Positions 1 to 13,861 of a stretch of 64,000 nucleotides of DNA are shown here, one piece after another. Made by a program: the position numbers and the translations under genes. The stretch comes from Blastocystis sp. subtype 4 (lineage: Eukaryota). Under the pieces are notes generated by a model. It ran no database searches. It was given only the letters and a program-made list of their open reading frames with translations, and was not told where the DNA came from. The stretch spans positions 1-64,000 of the forward strand of contig NW_014569539.1 in assembly GCF_000743755.1 (NCBI RefSeq). The letters are read 5' to 3'. Position 1 is the stretch's first letter. Each line of letters opens with the position of its first letter.

Positions 1-948
1 AACCCTTGAATTCATCACCCAAGGAGTCACCCTCCACTTCCTGAGACATTCTCTTGTCCATGAACACACGGCTACACATCAGTCTCTCTTTCACACTCTT
101 TACAGCTTGTTCTCATCATCAATGTCAATTGGCTTCTGAGAACTAAGAGCGGGATAGCAAATGTTAAGCTACAACGAAATCAGACTTCCGTCATTAAAAT
201 AGAACAAAACACGGAGACTAAGAAGCACAACGTACCTTCATTCCAATTAACTCTTAAATAACCACAGTAATTTGGTTTATGAGTCAGTGGAGTCAATCTA
301 GGAATAGGAGAGACTGGTGGGGAAACTTTCGGAGTCACTTCCTTAGAAATACAGGTATCCCCATCCCCTGGATTCATACTTTTTGGTTGTTTTCTTCTTG
401 AATTCTATGTTTATGGCAATGTTATTGATTCTGACCAATGAATGAATTGTTATTAACTCATTTTCGAGTCTTGGGTAAAACTGAAGATCAACTCTGTTGC
501 CCAAATTGGTGTTGTTTCTGTTGTATTATTTCCTTCAATCCTTTCTGATTCTCTTTTCCGTACAAAGAAGACGAAGCGTATTGACAGTATCCCAGTTTTT
601 GACAATCCAGGATGTCTTCCGAGTCTTCATCATCGTCAACAGGGTTTTCTGCAAATATTAAACAAGAACACTTATGTGGACACCCATCTTCGGTGCTTGC
701 TAGTGTTGAAGGTTGTGATCATAATGTCTCTTGATTGTAGATACTCGGCAATACCAAGAAAGTAAACTGGAGCGGTTTTTCACTCCAGATCCTGTTTCTA
801 GATGTCATTTCCGTTTCCATGATGTCATTTGGACGCCTCGAACAAAGCGTTCATTGTTTCGAAAGAAGAGTGAAAAATCAAAATACGACAGACTCTTTGA
901 ATTGGTATGTATGAAGGGGACTTGATGATGTAGATTGAGGAAGAAGAG

Positions 949-3172
949 ATGTCCATCAACACATATCTTTCTTCTCATGAATCTGAAGTTTTCTCTGAGA
1001 GTGTTGCTTTGACTCCACAGACGTCAAGTGGATCATCGGCAAAAATGTCAACACATGGATCAACACCTGCATCTACGCAATCATCCACACACGTATCAAT
1101 CGAAGAAACAGGACGTCCATCACAAGAAGACACAAATCAAAAGATGATTCTAAAACATATTGATGGTTATGCATCCACTGGTGAGATGACTGCTATTCTA
1201 GGAGCAAGGTTACACTACAATTTCTCTTTGATCCCTAGTGGAGCTGGTAAAACAACCCTCCTATCCATTCTCTGCGGTCGAAATAGTAATTTCACTGGTC
1301 AATTCAGCATCAATGGAAGAGAGGTTGGTGCCTCTTCTCTAAGGTCTTTTCAGTCTTTCCTTATCACAAATAGAAAGGTATGTCGGTTCGTACGACAACA
1401 TGATCTCTTCTATGAGTTTTTGACTGTTCAAGAACACTTGTATTATCAAGCAATTCTTCGTCTTGGTGATAAAGGAGAACAACAAATCCGAGATCGTCTT
1501 GTGTGGGTATGTCTTTTGTGCCTTCTCTCATAATAGCTGGTGAAACATTTCAACCTCTCCAAATGTCTGCATGTAACAATCGGAGGAAGTCATACGAAAG
1601 GTATCTCTGGAGGAGAAATGCGACGAGTTACATTAGCAACCGAACTCATTAACTATCCATCCATTCTGTTCTGTGATGAACCAACAAGTGGATTGGATTC
1701 CTATATGGCTGAAACTGTAATCAAAACACTCCGTATTCTTGTAAGTCTTATTAGTACAATTGATTGTAGGCAGATAATGGAGTGACAGTTATTTGTACTA
1801 TTCATCAGCCACCAACGGAGACTTATGCATTATTTGATCGAGTCATGTATCTAGCTGATGGAGAGGTTGCTTATTTCGGTAAACGAGAAGATGCCCTGGA
1901 GTACTTTGAATCAATTGGAATGCCTTGTCCTCCGTATTACAATATGGCAGGTACTCTCAATTCTCGTATTCCACGTAGATTTCGCTATTCACACCATGGC
2001 TATTGATAATGAGTTGGAGGACGAGCAGAAAGCAGCTCGTATTCAAGAAGTTCATCAACTCTGTGAAACGTTCAAGAAGAGTGAGATGAATCAGAAGAAT
2101 ATAGAGATTGCAGATCACATTCCACTATCATGTGAAGATCAGTCCATTATCGATGAGATTGATTCTATTGAATTCTTTGAGAAACGCAACATTGTTTACA
2201 AATTCTGGAAGAGCATGTTTGGTCACAGTTATCCCACTTCATGGTGGGTTCAGTTCCGGACACTCACTTCGCGATGCTTCACCGTTCTCATGCGGGATTC
2301 GCGTCTAACAGTTGCTCGTTTCATTCAAACTGTTGTGCTTTCGACTCTCATCGGTCTCGTGTTTATTCAACTTAGTTTTTCCCAATCTGTATTATCTTGT
2401 CTCCAGTTTCATGTAGGGAATCACCAATCGAATCTCTGTGATTTTCTTTGTAATGATGACCGAGTGTTTTTCTCTCCTCTTTTCTGAGATTCAAGTCTTT
2501 CCCTTTGAACTACCAATAGTTTACAATGAAGTTGCTTCTGGTCTCTATAGGATCGATGCCTATTATCTTGCCAAAACCATTGTGGGTCTCCCAATGTCAC
2601 TCATATTCCCTATTATCGGTGCCAGTATCAATTATTGTATTATTGGACTCGATCCTGCACCACAGCGATTTTTCGCCTATATTGGTATCCTTCTCCTTGT
2701 AACAAATGCTAGTACAATTCGTTGAACGGGCTCACAAATAGCTGTGGCACTAGGCCATTTTATTTCGGCACTTACTGGAGACTTTGTTCTTGCAAATGCC
2801 ATCTCTGCGATGCTCCTTTTGCCTTTTGTTCTTCTCGGCGGCTTCTATCTACAAGACCAATCTGTTCCTCCCTATTTGATATGGTTAAAAGAAACAAGCA
2901 TGTTCAATTGGGGCTTCAAGTTGATGATTATTGATCAGTTTAAGGGGAAAACCTTTGAGTGTCCACCTGCTCCTGCTGCTTGTGCATTTCCAAATGGAGA
3001 GGCTGTATGATCTATCGATACTTGTTAGAATTAGGTCATGGCCTATACTAAAGTGTCGATGGCAGATATTCCTTTAGGTATTTCCATTCTTGTAACCATT
3101 AACATTGTATGGCGAGTAGCCGCCCTCGTTTGTCTGGAAATCCATGCCTATCGTCATCTTAGCAAGATTTAG
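949..3172 (+). CDS. ABCG/White-family ABC half-transporter (multi-exon)
   Basis: Walker A GASGAGKTT after removing the in-frame 30-nt intron 1209-1238; signature ISGGEMRR; Walker [14 protein letters not shown]-loop TIHQP; ABC2-type TM domain ([24 protein letters not shown]); TAG at 3170-3172. Confidence 0.95.
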
Positions 3173-3184
3173 CAACAAACAGAA

Positions 3185-3418
3185 CTACTCTTGGGAGAGG
3201 TGTTGGTCGTTCTTTCTCTTCTTGTTAATTACCAACCCAACTAAAATGACATTTGTTACAAGCAGGAGGTAAACCATGTTCTTCACAGAGATCTTCTGAG
3301 ATCCTCGTTTCAGTTGGTCAATTACAGGAATTTGTCGCTTTACTCCTTTTGTACTCTTAGAAGCAATCACCTTCTCCTTTGATTCGCTGAATGAACGGAT
3401 GCGTATCGTTCGAGACAA
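3185..3418 (-). CDS. Small hypothetical single-pass membrane protein
   Basis: 77-aa ORF with a basic N-terminus and a hydrophobic helix (MVYLLLVTNVILVGLVI); the stop is followed by TGTTTGTT (3174-3181, minus strand), like other gene ends. Confidence 0.5.
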   Translation of the reverse strand: MSRTIRIRSFSESKEKVIASKSTKGVKRQIPVIDQLKRGSQKISVKNMVYLLLVTNVILVGLVINKKRKNDQHLSQE

Positions 3419-3528
3419 AGACGATGATAATCTGAATGATGAACCTCTTTGTAATCAGTACACAAGACTTCGAACAAATGAATTCATTCTTTATGATTCC
3501 CTTAATAGTGTAACAAACACTCTTGTGT

Positions 3529-4945
3529 TCACTGTTGATTGAAAAATAATATACAAATCGAAACGTCATCATCCTCTTTTCGCAAACGGTATTGCTTATC
3601 ATAGACTCTATGCATTACTTTCCTATGCCTCTACTCACGATCTCACCATCTGTAAGACTTCACTACAAATAGCCTCTCCTGTCAGTCCTTTAGCAATACC
3701 TCCACTAATCGTAGACACTAGTACTTCTTTCTTTAACGCATTAAACAATCCATCACTCCCTAAAACACAATACTGAAGATCTAAAAGTCAACTCTCTCTT
3801 AGATTTCTACCATCGGTCAGTTCTATACACCGTACTGCAGGCGTAGGTACTACGATATCCTCACTGGAATGCAAACGAGATCTCTCTCTATTCTCATACT
3901 CTCCTTTTACTCCTACGACATGTTATAATACGACTCCTTATACGAAATATCGCCAAATGCACGCGATACACCCAAGATTCCACTAATACTATTCTTGTGA
4001 ACATGTCCTCCAGCCTTCTCAATACGTTGCTGTTCTTCCTTCTCTTCAGGCCAATGTCTTGGAAGCATATCTTCCCACCCACTTAGTCGCTTGAGTAACA
4101 CACCACAATCTCCTAGCCCAGATACGAGAATCCAAGAGTTAACGATAGCAATACTTGCACAGACACATCCAGAACCTCGAATTCGACGTGTAGGACCGTC
4201 TGCTTGAGAATCCATCCGAACACTCTAAATCTCATTGTCTGAACTAACAACCACTTTAAAATGTTTCTCTACATTGTGGCGACTCGCTTGTCGTTGTCGT
4301 CCTGTTAACCATGTTCCTTGCTGATAAAAGGATACTGGAAGCAAATGGAAGATAGAATAACAAAGCATCGAATCCACCAATGAAAATGCGTCTTTAATTG
4401 CCTGACATAACTCTTCCTTGGTGGTACCAGATGGAGAACACAAAATCGAACGTAATTTTTTATCTATTGTGGTCCCTAATACTGACTTCACAAAATCTGC
4501 AGCATATTCGCCTGCATGACCATCTACACTAACGATCAATCCATTTTATCACTACCTACACACATCCAACTACGACAGGCAACGTATCATCTGAAAAATC
4601 ATCTACCACCACCTTATCCTCGTTAGTCTTCTTATCACTCCGATAACGACTCTACCAATATCACTTACGATTTCCATCATACGCATTCCAATAATAGACT
4701 CCAGGAAAGATGAAGGGCTGTGTTTCGATGATTGCAAGGCACATTCACAATCTTTTCATCTTTTACTCCATCTTGCATGAACTTTGAGTGATCTATACCA
4801 AAAATGGATTGAAGACTCCCTATTCCCTGATCTCACCTCATAACGACCTACTTGTCTCGTTTTCTTGATCCGACTCATCTCCTACATCTTCTAGCTCCTG
4901 ATTTAATCACTTCAACACAAGATGTACCTCAGGCGTCTTTGACAT
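3529..4945 (-). CDS. Protein phosphatase 2C (multi-exon)
   Basis: DGHAG, GSGCVC, GLGDCG, LGVSRAFGD, LGSDGLFN and DDVSICIL motifs across exons; TGA at 3529-3531 followed by TGTTTGTT. Confidence 0.9.
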
Positions 4946-5633
4946 ATCTTCTGTGTTCCTCCCAATCTTTGATGGATTGGAGGTTATATTCATCGAAAAA
5001 TTAAACACACAATCACTTTTGAAGATTAGTATCGTTCACATATTGTTGAGTCCGTTTCTGTTTCCAGTGATAAATTCTTCTGTGACTGAAGACCAGTCTG
5101 GAATCGTCTACATCGGATCCCCCATTTTATGTTTGTAGTCTTTCTGTACTTTGGATTTCTACTGTCATCGCCTAACAGGTCACTGTCATGTTTTGAAACG
5201 TTGAATCGATTCTTTGTCGTATTCACTCATATACCTGTGGAAGGAATGGGGAGCACCACCACTGTTTATATCTGCTCGTTCACTGTAAACCATTTCTGAG
5301 ATATGCTACCGATATATAGAATACGCTTTCTGTTTATCAGATTGGCCCTTAGTATACTTTTTAGCGTCGAAAACATGCGAAATGAGAAAAAACGTCAATG
5401 TGAATAATACCACTTAGTACCTCACTAGATACACCTAGAAGGGAGTTTCCAAAAGAAAGGATCCCAATTGGCGTCAATAATGAATCTGTTTGTTATTGAT
5501 ATGTAAGGCTAACATGGGAATATAACCGTTATTCATGAGATAGTGTTTTTTCATGATTCCTTTCAGGATTCTAACTCCTGTGTCGGTATTTGCTGTAGCA
5601 CAGAAAGTACTACTCGACAGCAAACTAACGTGA

Positions 5634-7143
5634 ATGAATACCAACCAAGAAACAGGTTCAGCTGTGGAATTTAGTCCATTGAATTATTATTAGGTGGATA
5701 CAGGTGTTCCATGCGATAACACGGTTGCAAAAGGAAGTCATTGTGATGAGTAGATTCCTACAGAAGAGTCTGTGAACAAACGAAAAAAGGGTTGTCTTAT
5801 CTCTATTAAGGAGATATTTGGAAAGAGACGAGGTACATGAATGTGCTGTTCTCGAGTGTAGATGTTGAAATCGGAAAGCCCACCAACTTCTTGAATATTT
5901 TACATATTTCCGTAGATCCAACTGTTCCAGGAGGTATTTCTTTTCAGTTTTGTTTCCTGTAGGCTTGCGCGGACTTCCTAAAGAGTGGCAAGAAGCATTA
6001 CAGGAATCAGCGATCGAGAAGGATATGGTAGCCGAACAATTGCCGGCTGTGATCGATGTTCTTCAATATGTATTCCAAGAAAAGCTGGGAAATGATCCGT
6101 CCATGGAGAATGTTGATGATGTGAATCCAGAAGAAAGTAGCTATTTTTGTAGTGGTTTAGTCTAGAACTGTATATCATTCGCGATGATCCCATGAAATAC
6201 TACTCCGAAGTATCTACACAAATTGGTGAAGGTGGATTCAGCAAAGTGTAAGAATGTGATTTTTTAAGGAGATAGATATCGTGCGCGCTCCAAGGAAACG
6301 AATGAAGAAGTAGCCGTCAAAGTCACAGGGATGGCAGAATTGAGACAAATCTGTACTGAACTTCTAATGCAGAAATCGACGCCTCATGAGAATATTGTGT
6401 CGATTAGTGATTGTTACTGTTGGAATGATGAACTCTATGTCCGTTTCGATTCTTCTTTTGAGTGTAGATTGTGATGGAGTACATGGACCGCGGAAGTTTG
6501 GCAGGTGTGGTTGGGAAAGAAATCCACTGGGAGGAAAAGTATATTGCATACGTATGTAAGTGTATTCTCCAAGCAATGTGTGTGATTCACAACACTCACC
6601 ACATTCATCGAGGTTAGGATGGATTCCTTCTTATTGACTTCTAGATATCAAATCTGACAATATTCTCATCAACGGAAACGGTGAGGTCAAATTGGCAGAT
6701 TTCGGTTTTGCCGTTCGTGTTACTTCCCAAAATGAACAGCGCAAATCCAAGGTGGGAACTCCTTTTTGGATGTCTCCTGAACTCATTCAAGGAGAGGGAT
6801 ACACAAATAAGGTTGATGTGTGGTCACTCGGAATCACAGCTATTGAAATGGCTGATGGAGTGCCTCCTCACTTCCACGAACCTCCATTGAAAGCTCTCCT
6901 TCTTATCCATACTGGTCCATCTCCAACCTTGTCGAAACCAGACAATTGGTCGGTGATGTTTAACGACTTTTTATCAAGAGCCCTAGATGTGAATGTTAGT
7001 GATGAAAGAGTGGTGAAGTGTAGGCGGACACACGTGCTACTGCGAACTTCCTGTTGAATCACCCTTTTATACAATCTGCATGTGAACCTGGTGACTTCCT
7101 CCATAAAGTGGATGAAATTCTTGCGAAACAGAAGAATCTGTAG
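5634..7143 (+). CDS. PAK/STE20-family Ser/Thr kinase with CRIB domain (start approximate)
   Basis: CRIB-like IGKPTNFLNILHI...GLPKEWQ; IGEGGFSKV, VAVK, HRDIKSDNIL (split by an intron), LADFGF, VGTPFWMSPE, DVWSLGI. Confidence 0.9.
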
Positions 7144-7227
7144 TCCTTTGCCTATTTGTACACTTGTTGTATAACTCTGTTCCATAATCTTCTTTATTGC
7201 TATTGTTTTTTTTATCGAATCTCTAGT

Positions 7228-9515
7228 ATGCTGATTTTACCATTGCTTCTTCTGCTTTCGAGTGTTCATGCAGATCCGTTCTTCTCAACACTTCTCTATC
7301 AGGATATCCCAAACCAATTCTGTAGTAGATTCTATTATCGGAATGGAGGAGTGGGGTGTCGAACACCTATGGCTGGTATTCGCGGAATTGCCGTTCCCGT
7401 TCAGCAACTTGTTGTTTTGAATCCATTTACTTAATCGTATAGGGTGACTTGAAGGAGAATCTTGCCAAAGTTAATGAAGATGATGTTGTTCTTGTTGTAA
7501 ACTCAACAATTCTGACCCGTTGTGATTCCTATTGTTGGTTCATGCATAGGAGATCTGGTTAAAGAAGCTGTAAAAACAAAAGGAGTTGTTGGCATTGCCG
7601 TCTGTGGATATCTTCCATCTGTTGTGTTTTCTAGTTTTTTTGACCTGTAGGAAGAGGGATATTCACCATCATCTGTTTGTCCAGATGGATTGGGAACTCC
7701 TTCTGTGAATATCACATTGCATCCAGAGTACGAGTGGAATCCATCAGGCTCGGGACTATTCTATGATGATCTGCCAATTGCACTTTCTTATGTGACTGAT
7801 GAAGCTACAATTGAAGAAGTGGAGATAATGGATTTCCTTAATTGATAGCTATTCTCCAAGGCCTTGCAGAATGTGAATGGAGTTACTCATAACCCCTATA
7901 TTGTGGAGATGAATTCATATATGGGACCAGATACAATGGATTCAATAACATGCTTACGAAGAGGAAATTGTATGCCAATTGGTGGCCAATCGGTCTGGGC
8001 ATCCGAATCACCAATAGCCAGTGATCGGCCGATTGTTTTGATTGCCACGAAGATGGATAGTATGAGTGATGCTTATGAGACTGATGATGGACGGGTTGGA
8101 ATTACCGTCTCTATCCTCCTTGCAGCCATCAAATCCATTCGTGCTCTCTCTTTTGATCATATTAATCAGTTTGTCGTTGCATTCTTCCAAGGAGAATCAT
8201 GGGGACGTGGTGGAAGTCGATTGTGGGTAAGTGAGATTCAATCCTTCTCCTGTCTTCAAGCTATTGAACATGCTCAGTCTCCTTTTAATGATCGTATTTG
8301 TACAAGTCCTCTCAAGGTACTCTCAGTTGGTTTGATTGAGGTTCTAGTTATCACTTCATTTCACGAATTTGTCTCTAGATCGTTTCAAATATGTCATTGT
8401 ATTGGATCAACTCTTCCCTTATCAATCTTCTCTATATCTCCACAGTGAAGCTGCGGCTGCCCCTCTCAATCTTCCTTCCATTCTCCCTTCATCTGTACAG
8501 GGTCTGCCTCCTGGTCCTGCCCACACGTTCTTCCAAGCAGGCATTAATGATACATATGTGATAAGTGGATATGATGCTACCTTTGCTCCTGGATATATGA
8601 GTGCTCTCCCTCTACGAATCCAGCTTTCACAGGCTGTCGAGGTGGCAAATACTCTGGCCGCAGGTATTGTATCTTTGTTGGAACCCACAGAGCCTGTGGA
8701 GGTTCATGTCAATTCCACCTATCTCGATGACTTGCTATCCTGTTTTGCTGTGAATGGTCAGTGTGGTATAATGGAAGAGATGCTTGGATTGGATGTTGAT
8801 TCTATCACCAATCGTCAGGGTAGCCATGAATAAGTGGTTTCATTACTTAGCTGGAAAAGCACTGAATCTGTTTACAGGCACATATTCAGTCCTTTTATGT
8901 TCGTTCTTTCATCTGTAGGCTGGTCGTTATCCACTGTTCTCTCCTGAAGGATCATCATATTCTGTGAACTATACTGGTCCTGTAGATCCAAAGAAGGGTT
9001 TGTATCTCATCTTGTGTGTTCCATAGATGGAATCTACTTCACACCTTCAGTCATTGAGAGCTTTATCCACAGTACACTGACTCTCCACTTCCATCAGAAT
9101 GCGACTGGAGTATCTTGTTCCTCATGGACAGATTGTCGAAGTATCGAGAATGGTTATTGTGTGAAAGGTCATTGCTACGCATCTAATGCCTATTATCATG
9201 ATGCATTGGATCCAGCAATTCATGGTAACAGATTAAGGAGAGGTTTGATATAGTGATTGATCGTGATTCATTTACTGTTGATAAGGAGAGTTCAAGCCCT
9301 ATCTATGCTGAACCATTCTGGGGCGGATATTATGGAAAGGAACCCTATGTGAAGGTGTATCAAGTATGAAGAATAAGATAAAGATGATGAATAGCAAATA
9401 TCTACATGGGTGGAATGGATAACACTTCTTGTAGGGATTATTCTGTGTGCTATAACCTATTACTTGACCACTCTTCTGTATTCTGTATATGGTCAACAGC
9501 TCAAGTTAAATAAGT
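7228..9515 (+). CDS. NCSTN: Nicastrin (gamma-secretase subunit)
   Basis: Signal peptide; CSRFYYRNGGVGC, WNPSGSGL, CMPIGGQSVW, FFQGESWGRGGS, LPPGP and YAEPFW motifs; C-terminal TM helix; stop probably formed by poly(A) after T9515. Confidence 0.85.
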
Positions 9516-9537
9516 ATTGTGTTTCTTACAAACATAT

Positions 9538-11819
9538 TCAAATCATCTGACCCTCATGATACATTTCTTTGATGATCTCTTTATACATCTCTTGGGTAAC
9601 ATGACGCTTCATCTTCAATGAAGGTGATAATACATTGTTATCAACTGACCACTCTGTTGGCTCCAAATGGATATTGCGAACTCGTTCAAAACCAAATAAC
9701 TACACTTCATTCTCATACCTATCTCTACGTTTGCTGCCAATGCAGTCTTGTTCAACTCCTCCAATAAGATCTTCCTTACTTCCTTATGTTCACACATCTT
9801 GGCATACTCTAGCTGTTTCACTGCATCAGAAACAGAACTTGCATTCATAAATGCAATCAATTTCTTCTGATTTGGCACCACCACAGCCACAATGTAGTTT
9901 TGGTTACTGTCTCCGTAAACACAGATCTGATCAATGAGATCATTCTGGAGATACACATTTTCAACCTTTTCCACAGCTATGTACTCACCCTGAGACAGTT
10001 TGAATATGTTTTTGATACGATCAATCACCTGAATAGCATGGTTATCAGATCGAATGAAACCAATATCTCCAGAATGGAACCAACCATCTGAATCCATACA
10101 AGCTGCTGTTGCTTCTGGATTCTTGAAATAACCGCGGAACACACCAGGACCACGGAAACACAATTCTCCCCTTCCACAAATTGGTATTCCAACTTTATCG
10201 TCTATTTCTGAGTTCTATTATCTGTCCTTACCAGCATTTACATAGTGAATGGTATCTGTCACATAGTATTTCTTCTCAGGCACAGACACAAGTTTCCCTT
10301 CAATTCCACACACAGGACCTCCACAGTGACCCACTGTCTGAACATCTAGAGAGGAAGAACAACAAGTGCCTCCAGCTGTTTCTGTCATTCCATAGCCATT
10401 GAGAACAGCACATGAGAAAACACACTTGAAGAAGTTCACAATCTCATCAGCAATAGGAGCACTTCCCGTAAGAATCCAACGACATCGATCCAATCCAACC
10501 TTCTTCGCAATAAGATTGAAGACTACATCATAGAACCAATGATGGCAAACATTTCGTTTTAATCCTTCTTCTTTTGCTCGCATTCCACTCTCAATCACCC
10601 ATCGTAACATTCCATTCATGGCTTGGATCTTATCTTGTAAGGCTCCATATATTCGTTGCATGATTCTTGGCACAGCACAGAATGCTGTTGGTCGCAGAGC
10701 TTGAAGATCACTCATGAGAGAGGAGGTGGAACCTTGCCAATATCCAATACACGCTCCGTTAAACAGAGCATTCGCTTCTACAAATCGTTCGAACATATGA
10801 GCCAATGGGAGATAAGCAATTACTACATCCTTCGGAGTGAAGGAGATTTTGTAATGCTGGTTAATACTCAGTGTGAGACTTAATAACGTCTGATGAGCTA
10901 CAATCACTCCCTTTGGATTGCCTGTGGTTCCTGAGGTGAAGCAGATGGTGCAAATGTCATCTGGTGCAGGATTGTGAGCTGGCAGAATGGATTCACACTA
11001 GACTCAAACGTGATATTGCATCCTTACGTTGGAAATAAGATCATGAAGAGAATAGAAACGGATCTGGGAGGCTGTCAATGCATCGATCATGACTTGATCA
11101 ACAGGCGAAAACTAGAATTACACGAAAAAAGGATTGCATACACTAATAATCGATTTTACAAACACTTCTTCTGGATATTCCTGCTTTAATTCTAGGAGAT
11201 TGCGAATCTCGGATGATCCTCCACAAAACACGGTTTCCATTCGTGAAAGATTCAAAATGTATCTTGTAGCATCTTTACCAAGAGAATCATACAGTGTAAC
11301 AACAGTAGCATTGCAACGATAACTTGCATACTCGGCAACCACCCACTCATATCCTGTCTTTGCATAGATACCGACAAGACGTGCTTCTTTTCCATCGGAT
11401 ACTTTCAATCCACATCCAGCTGTTTCTTGACATAGTTGATTACGCATCATTTCACTTGAGAGTTTGTCAATCATCTCTCTCACATCCGTATAGCTAAGTC
11501 TTATTTCTTTCTTGAGATACTACCTTAACCAAGTATATGGGCCTGCTTTTCCATCTACAATAGGTCTGTATCCTAGACAGTTCCCTGTTTCTGTTAAATT
11601 GCTTCCTCGTCTAGGATGAACAAAAGTTCTCAAACCTACAAAAATCCGTCGTACATCGATCTTTCGGGGCCTTCTAATCCCGTTTTCAGTCCATCGAGAG
11701 CAAGTAAGTGACGAAATACAGGTCCCTGTCAATGATAACACAACCGCGATACATACAGATTGGGAAGCTGGATCTTCGCTGTTATCAAGAAATGCAGAAT
11801 AAATTGTTAGATCACTCAT
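9538..11819 (-). CDS. Long-chain fatty acyl-CoA synthetase
   Basis: FTSGTTGNPKGV, YLPLAHMFER, GYGMTE, GWFHSGDIG, IDRIKNIFKLSQGEYIAVEKVE. Confidence 0.95.
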
Positions 11820-11855
11820 GTTTAAATGGAAATACAGATTTCTCAACAAACATCA

Positions 11856-13590
11856 CTAAAAGAGTACAGGAGGTTTTTCCAATGTAATATTCTTTATATC
11901 CTGCACTTGCCTTACACTCCAGGTATTATAGTCATACACTTCATACTTATCCTTCTACTCATAATAAGACGTTTCACTCACTCACTTCTACTTCTCGGTA
12001 CCACATTTTCTGTTCTTTACTGAATCTCCAATCCTTCTCACTCAACACTCTGGCTGCAGCTTCGTGTTGATTCTCATCCACTGGGTAAGCAAACAGAAAC
12101 AAGAGTTCTTCGTCATGCATTTGTCTCAAACCACTCCCTTCCAAGATCTCTCGTAACGGTGTCTGGGGGAAGGAATCGGGAATTCCCGTAGGACATGACG
12201 GATAGTAGAGTTTATCACAGTGAGAACAAGGAGTTCGCGCTGCATACGCGGTCGTAAGCATTTCCAGTACTTCGCTTGTGCTCCACAGAGGCGCCTCTGC
12301 AGGATTCAATGGTGGAGGAATGAAGGAAGGTGTAGGGTTGGTTACTGGAGTCGGATGGGATGCTGGAGTAGGATGCATTGATGCTGGCGCAGAGGCAGAG
12401 AGTGGGTGGGGAGTGGGAATGGTTTGAGTAGGTGCCAAAGGAGTAGACTTGACAAGAGGTGATGATTGAATGCGAGGTGATGTGTTGGGAGCTGCAGATG
12501 CTGATACTGCTCGTTGAAGAGAGATATCCGGCGAAGGAACTGTTCGAGAGGAGTTTCTTTGGACAACATATGCATAGTTGATAGGTGGCGATGTGACAAC
12601 CTTATTAGGTGATGAGATTTGTTTGGCTGGTTGAGAAATGGTTGGAATAGGTGGAACGATAACTGGAACTTTCTTTGGAGGAGGAGGCACTTTGGGAACT
12701 ACGGTTTCTTGCTCAGCTTCTTGTGTTGGCTTTGCATCTTCTGATGAAGAATCTGAGGATAGATCAACATCCAAATCGAATTCTTCATACAAACTATCAT
12801 CAAATATATAGCCTTTATCTCGATAGGATGACAGATATTCCTGTACACCATCTAAAACTGCCTCCAGATCATAAGGATCCAAGATCTCATTATCAATCTG
12901 ACGTAAAACCAATTCTAAATGAGCAATATGCCAACGGTGATTCTTTAAATATCCTTCTAGCTTCGAGATAAGCGCTTTATTGGTGTTCCGTTTCTTGTTC
13001 TTTTCTCGCTTCTCTTCCACCTCGCAATCATCAATTTCTTTATGCAATTCACTCAAATACTTGTTGATACTGGAAACCACTTCTTCTCGCTTTTCCTATT
13101 CATCAATCCTTTCTAAATCTTTTTACATCCTCAGGATTCTGTTTATTTGGTAGTTTTAGTCCTTCTTTTGAGAATGCCTTGGTTTTGGTTTCCTTCTCAC
13201 ATTCTCTAAACTTTTGCATTCGATCTTCAATCTCCTTTTTAGCATCTGCAATCTGATTGCTGAATTGCTACAACATGAACCCATACCATTCATGTCCCTA
13301 CCACAATCGTCGAATCGGTACTTGTTGTCCATAGCTTTAAACTATCTCTATAACGCTGCAATTTCTTGATTTGTTTCTTCAAATCCTCTTCATTCTTTTC
13401 CTTCTGCGCTTGTGTTGTAGCATCATATACCTGAACATGAAATAATTGTATCTATCAACTACTTTATCCCATATAGTCTCAAATTCCTCAAGTCCTTCCT
13501 TGATCTTCTTTAATGTGGACTCAACTTGAGCTACATATTAGTCCTTTTCCATAGATTCAAATTACCTTTGATCTTTCGATTCTGACTCAT
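11856..13590 (-). CDS. CNOT3: CCR4-NOT complex subunit NOT3/5
   Basis: N-terminus MSQNRKIK..., QKEKNEEDLKKQIKKLQRYRD, KTKAFSKEGL, HRWHIAHLELVLR; Pro-rich middle; NOT box (LFLF...AARVLSEKDWRF). Confidence 0.9.
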
Positions 13591-13690
13591 TTTGAAAGAA
13601 TGATTGTTGTCTTTTCTAGTTGCAATTATTACAGTAGATTCGTGACACAATATACTATCTTTTCTTTCAATGAGAGTAACAAAAGAATAG

Positions 13691-13771
13691 TACACAAAGA
13701 GGGACTCGAACCCTCGAGTGCGAACACATTACGGCCTTAACTAACCCCTTGGACCACTCAGCCATCCATGC
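13691..13771 (-). tRNA. tRNA-Leu(AAG)-like, probably degenerate or a pseudogene
   Basis: Minus strand GCATGGATGGCTGAGTGGTCCAAGGGGTTAG-TTAAGGC-CGTAAT-GTGTTCGCAC-TCGAGGGTTCGAGTCCCTC-TTTGTGTA. A-box, B-box, T arm and long variable arm are intact; the anticodon stem lacks one base and the acceptor stem has four G-U pairs. Confidence 0.75.
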
Positions 13772-13861
13772 ATAACATTCAGTTTTTTGAGAGGCCTAGT
13801 GTGCTCATGGGTCAAAGTGATGTTTAGAACACTCATAGGAATCCAACAAACAGTCACACGA

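Noticed and set aside
1..830. Probable minus-strand gene at the window start
   Set aside because: I could not build a reliable exon model or recognise any motif
4980..5300. 66-aa minus-strand ORF between PP2C and PAK
   Set aside because: No supported start codon or family motif; left uncalled
13730..13745. tRNA read as a TTA-anticodon (ochre) suppressor
   Set aside because: The loop registers best as TT-AAG-GC, and the long variable arm fits Leu
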